DNA of 64,000 nt. Origin: Narcine bancroftii. Lineage: Eukaryota. Shown here in pieces: positions 60,238 through 64,000 of this stretch. Numbering within the stretch: position 1 is the first letter of the stretch; the number at the start of each line of letters is the position of its first letter. A program made the translations under genes and the position numbers. The notes under the pieces were generated by a model. It did not search any database, was not told where the DNA came from, and saw only the letters and a list, made by a program, of their open reading frames with translations. The stretch lies in assembly GCF_036971445.1 (NCBI RefSeq), contig NC_091481.1:72912001-72976000 (forward strand), written 5' to 3'.

Positions 60238-61889
60238 CCAGGCAGTGGGAGATGGAGTTAGTGCCAGGGATAAAAGTGTTTGTAATGTCCAGCGCTGCAT
60301 TCAGCACAGCTTTCAGCTCCTTCAGACCTTCTGCACGGCAGCTCCCACACCTCTCCAGTGGCCCCACAATGGGGCCAAAAGGAATGAGATTCCCTTTCAG
60401 TTGTTGACAGCCATAGCAGCAGAACAGCAATCTGTGTCATGCCAATGGAATTCTGACACCCACCTCTGCCCACGCCTCACTGCTGTGATCAAACTCAGCA
60501 AGGATTCCATCTCTTTGCTGCAGAATCCCATTGTAGGTCTCTCCCCTCAATGTGCCCTCCTCAGGCTCTTGTCTCTCACTCTCCCTGTCTCACTCCTTCA
60601 TCCACCCCCTCAGTCTTTTTCTTAGTCTCTCCCACCTTTCACACAGTTCCCCTCTCCCCAGCGCTCTCAGCCCTTCACTTCACAAACCCAATGAAGGCCT
60701 GACTCTCACCAGCAGCCATTGCGATGTGTGACTGGGAACGATGCTGGTCCCTGCAGCGGCCAGCTGTCAACGATCTCCAGAGGAGAAGCATATTCCAGAC
60801 ACTCGACAACACAAGAACTGCAATGCTGGAATCCTGTGTGAGCAAAGAGAAGTCAGAGGGAGTCAGTGGCAGTATCCATGGGGTGAAATGGTCAACCGGG
60901 GGAGGGGATATCCAAGAGCAGGAGGATTGATGGAGACTTACAGGAGTCATTAGTGGGGCAATTGTCAGGATTCCTTGACAGAGAAATAGGCATGGAGGAA
61001 GAGGCAATGGAAGAGGAGTCCAGCATTGTGGTGGAGAGGGAGTCCAGTCTCTGTAAAGGACCCACCATTGACCATTTCTCCCCTCAGAAGCTGCCTGACC
61101 TGCTGAGTCACTCCAGTCTCCCCTCATGTCCCAGAGATTGAGTCTGGGTAAGCAGGAGTTGGCAATTTTCCCTATTGAGCCTGATTCACCATTCAACAAG
61201 ATAAGGCTGACCCATCGCTGTACACAGCTCAACTTATACACGTGTTCCCATAACCCTGAGTTCCACCATTGTTCTGCGTCTTAAATGCATTTATTGCTCT
61301 ACTGCTTCCTTGGGCAGAGAATTCCACAGATTCACTCGCCTCCAGGAAAAGCAATTCTTCCTCACTTCAGCTTAAACCTGCTCCCCTGAACTTTGCAGTG
61401 ATGTCACCTGATTCTAGTCTCACCAGCCAGTAACAACAACCTCCCTGCTTCTCTCATCCATTCCTTTTATAATTTTAGATTTTCCAAGACATTCCCCCCT
61501 CATTCTTCTAAACACCAAAGAGTACAGTCCCCAGCTGCTCAATCTCTCCTCATGTTAACCCCCTCCTTTCTGGAATCAAACTGGTGAACCTTTTCTGCAC
61601 CACCTCCAAAGGCAGTATATCCCATTTTTTGCACCAAGGACCAGAGAACACGCTGTTTCGTCAAGTTATACTTGTGCAATTAGATGATAATAAACTTGAC
61701 TTGGCTTGACGACTTGACTTCAAACAAGGAGACCAGAACTGCACACAGTATTCCAGGTGCCGTGATTAAAAAGAATCCAAGGATATTTTTCTTCTGTAGA
61801 TATCCATTTGACCAGTCGAGGTGAGAGGATTTGATGAGACAGCATAGAAGGAGAAACACAATGCTGGGGAAACTCAGCAGGTCAAACAG

Positions 61890-62135
61890 TGGACTTTCTA
61901 TAGCAAAGATAAAGGTGCATAACCAACATTTTGGGCTTGAGCCCTCCATCAAGTTATGAACAAAATGCAGGCAGGCGCCATGTACTTTCTATAGCAAAGA
62001 TAAAGGTGCGTAACCAACGTTTCAGGCATGAGCCCTTCATCAAGGTACAAGCAAAATGTAGGCAGGTGTTGTGTACTTTGTATAGCAAAGATAAAGGAAC
62101 ATAACCAATGTTTGGGGCATGAGCCCTTCAAAGTA
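61890..62135 (-). repeat. 91-bp tandem repeat x2.7 of a Penelope-like terminus
   Basis: Units start at 61890, 61981 and 62072. Confidence 0.9.
62011..62047 (-). ncRNA. Minimal type I hammerhead-ribozyme-like motif (dimer type, C3U variant)
   Basis: UACC-UUGAUGA-A-GGGC(UCAU)GCCU-GAAA-CGUU-GGUUA: core boxes, 4-bp stem II, palindromic ACGU stem III, ACC/GGU stem I. Activity untested. Confidence 0.55.
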
Positions 62136-64000
62136 TGATCAATGTAGAGCAGTGGTTCTCAACCCATTTCTTCCACTCACATACCAAGTCATAAAATTAA
62201 GATACCGATTTATTGTTGGAGTACATACATGACATCACATACAACCCTGAGATTTTCATGTGAGCAAGGCAGAATTACCAGTGCAAAAAAAAGACATAAC
62301 ATACACATGTTGTGAAATATATAGTGAGAAAAAAATCAATAAAGTGCAAAGTAAGAGTTCTTAAATGAGTCCCTGATTGAGTTTGTCATTGAGAAGTCTG
62401 ATGGTGGAGGGGTAGCAGCTGTTCCTGAACCTGTTGGTGCAAATCTTGTGGCCCCTACACCTCTTTTCCTCATGGCAGCAGCAAAATCAGTGTGTGAGCT
62501 GGCTGGTGTGGATCCTTGATGACTGCTGCTGCTCTCCTACTGCAGTGTACCCTGTAGCTGTGCTCAACAGTGGGGAGCGTTTTGCTCGTGATGTCCTGGA
62601 TTGTGTCCACTATCTTTTGCAGGGCTTTGTGCTTAGACGTACTGGTGTTCCAATGCCAGGCTGCGATGCAGCCAGTCAGCACACTTTTCACCACGCCTCT
62701 GTAGAAATTTGCCAGGGTTTCCTATGTCATGGGTGCATAGGATGCCATTAGTGCAAGGGATTGCTTCAGGTCATATTATGTCAATGGAAAGAAAAAATGT
62801 TGAGAACCACTAGGGAGAGGGGTCTTATTGTATATCCATCCTTCTGCACCGCCCAGAGGAAATATGATGGGACAGTGTGGAAGGAAGCTTTAATCTCAAT
62901 CAAAGGCGCTCTACTTAGCGAGGTTGAGGGAGGTTTAGCCTCTATCTAAAACGCTCGTTCTCTTGGTGGTGTTTGAAATGTGGTAACCAAGAGTTTTGTG
63001 CTAGATCCAACCCATGGCGTATTTCCCAGACGCGAGGGATGAGAGAAATCGGGGCACAGGAGCGGCGGATGTTGGGTCTGGAAGAAAAGGTGGAGAGCCG
63101 GCAGGTCGGACAGCGCCGGCGGAGCCCGCATCCTTCGTTGAGTTTCATCGGATCGAGCAGCGTCTAGGGAGCGGGGAGGAGGGAAGGTGACGACATTTCA
63201 GGTCTAGATCCTAAAACAATGGTTCTCAACCTGTTTTTTTTTGTCACAGCCCTAAACCAAGGCTGAGTTGCCCCAGATTGTCCTCTTTGCTCCATGGAGC
63301 GTTTGTTCCTGGAATGTGTTTGATGCAGGACGGGGTTGTGATAACATGTTCACGTTATCCCGTCACCAGCAGTACACGCAGAGATGGTGGCGTTTACCAG
63401 TTTGTCGTTGTGCTCTGGAACTCAGAGTGTTAATGTACTGTGGCAGGCAGCGAGTAATTATAATATATTTAGCAGGCGGAGCTGGGGGCGAGGGTACAGT
63501 TGCCATGTGTGTGACTGTGTGAATTGTCCTGAAATAGTTATGCAGAGCAAATGGATGTGTTGGCAATTGGTGGAATGTGGATACGAGTGAAGGGGACAGG
63601 CTGGAGGGGCTGTGGCTGCAGCTGACACCCGTGCCCAGAGTAGACGAAGCGGACGGGGAACCGAGGAGCGTCCTAACCGGTGAACGGTGAGTAGAGGGGC
63701 TGGCGAGGGGGAGGAACTTTGACAGACAGACTTGTGCTCAGGATGGTGGCTGGAGGGGTGTTTATCTCCTCCTCTCCTTCCTCCTGTATTAAGGGTGTTG
63801 CTCGGGGAGAAAGACCCTGGGAAGAAGACCCGGTGTCCATCCAGACCCCATCTCTGACAACCGCCCACTCTCCCCTCCTTCTCTGACTCACTCCCCCCTC
63901 CCAGTGAAGAATCTTCCTCACCCCTGGGACTGTGCACCCATCTCCCCCATCATCCATGGATGAGCCTCTTCCCAACTCCAGGAAGGATGGGGAAGCAGAG

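Noticed and set aside
60258-60473. ORF with CAECSAGHYK resembling a TNFR/Eph cysteine-rich repeat
   Set aside because: Single short motif followed by a stop, no supporting exons.

Overview
Repeat-rich vertebrate genomic DNA. The TE repertoire (V-SINE/HE1-like SINEs, CR1, Rex/Babar, Penelope-like) suggests a cartilaginous fish, but this is inference. I reconstructed three genes by hand from splice sites. (1) The 5' end of a tubby-family gene on the minus strand (TULP2 by position), which runs off the left edge. (2) A complete NUCB1 gene on the plus strand, head-to-head with it: 12 coding exons, 12415-30187, 474 aa. (3) A complete 3-exon PPP1R15A/GADD34-type gene on the minus strand, tail-to-tail with NUCB1, with a uORF-laden leader. 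The region from 37.3 to 64 kb has no recognisable host gene; it holds minisatellites and TE remnants (RTE, Gypsy LTR, Chapaev3-like, hAT, L1/Tx1, CR1, Rex). The most notable unexplained signals are: a 91-bp tandem unit carrying a minimal, dimer-type hammerhead-ribozyme-like motif, present at two independent loci; a 1.8-kb non-autonomous hAT carrying CpG-rich exon-like cargo inside NUCB1; the uORF/in-frame AUG architecture of PPP1R15A; and tandem arrays abutting all three promoters. All family assignments are from recalled motifs; no database search was run.
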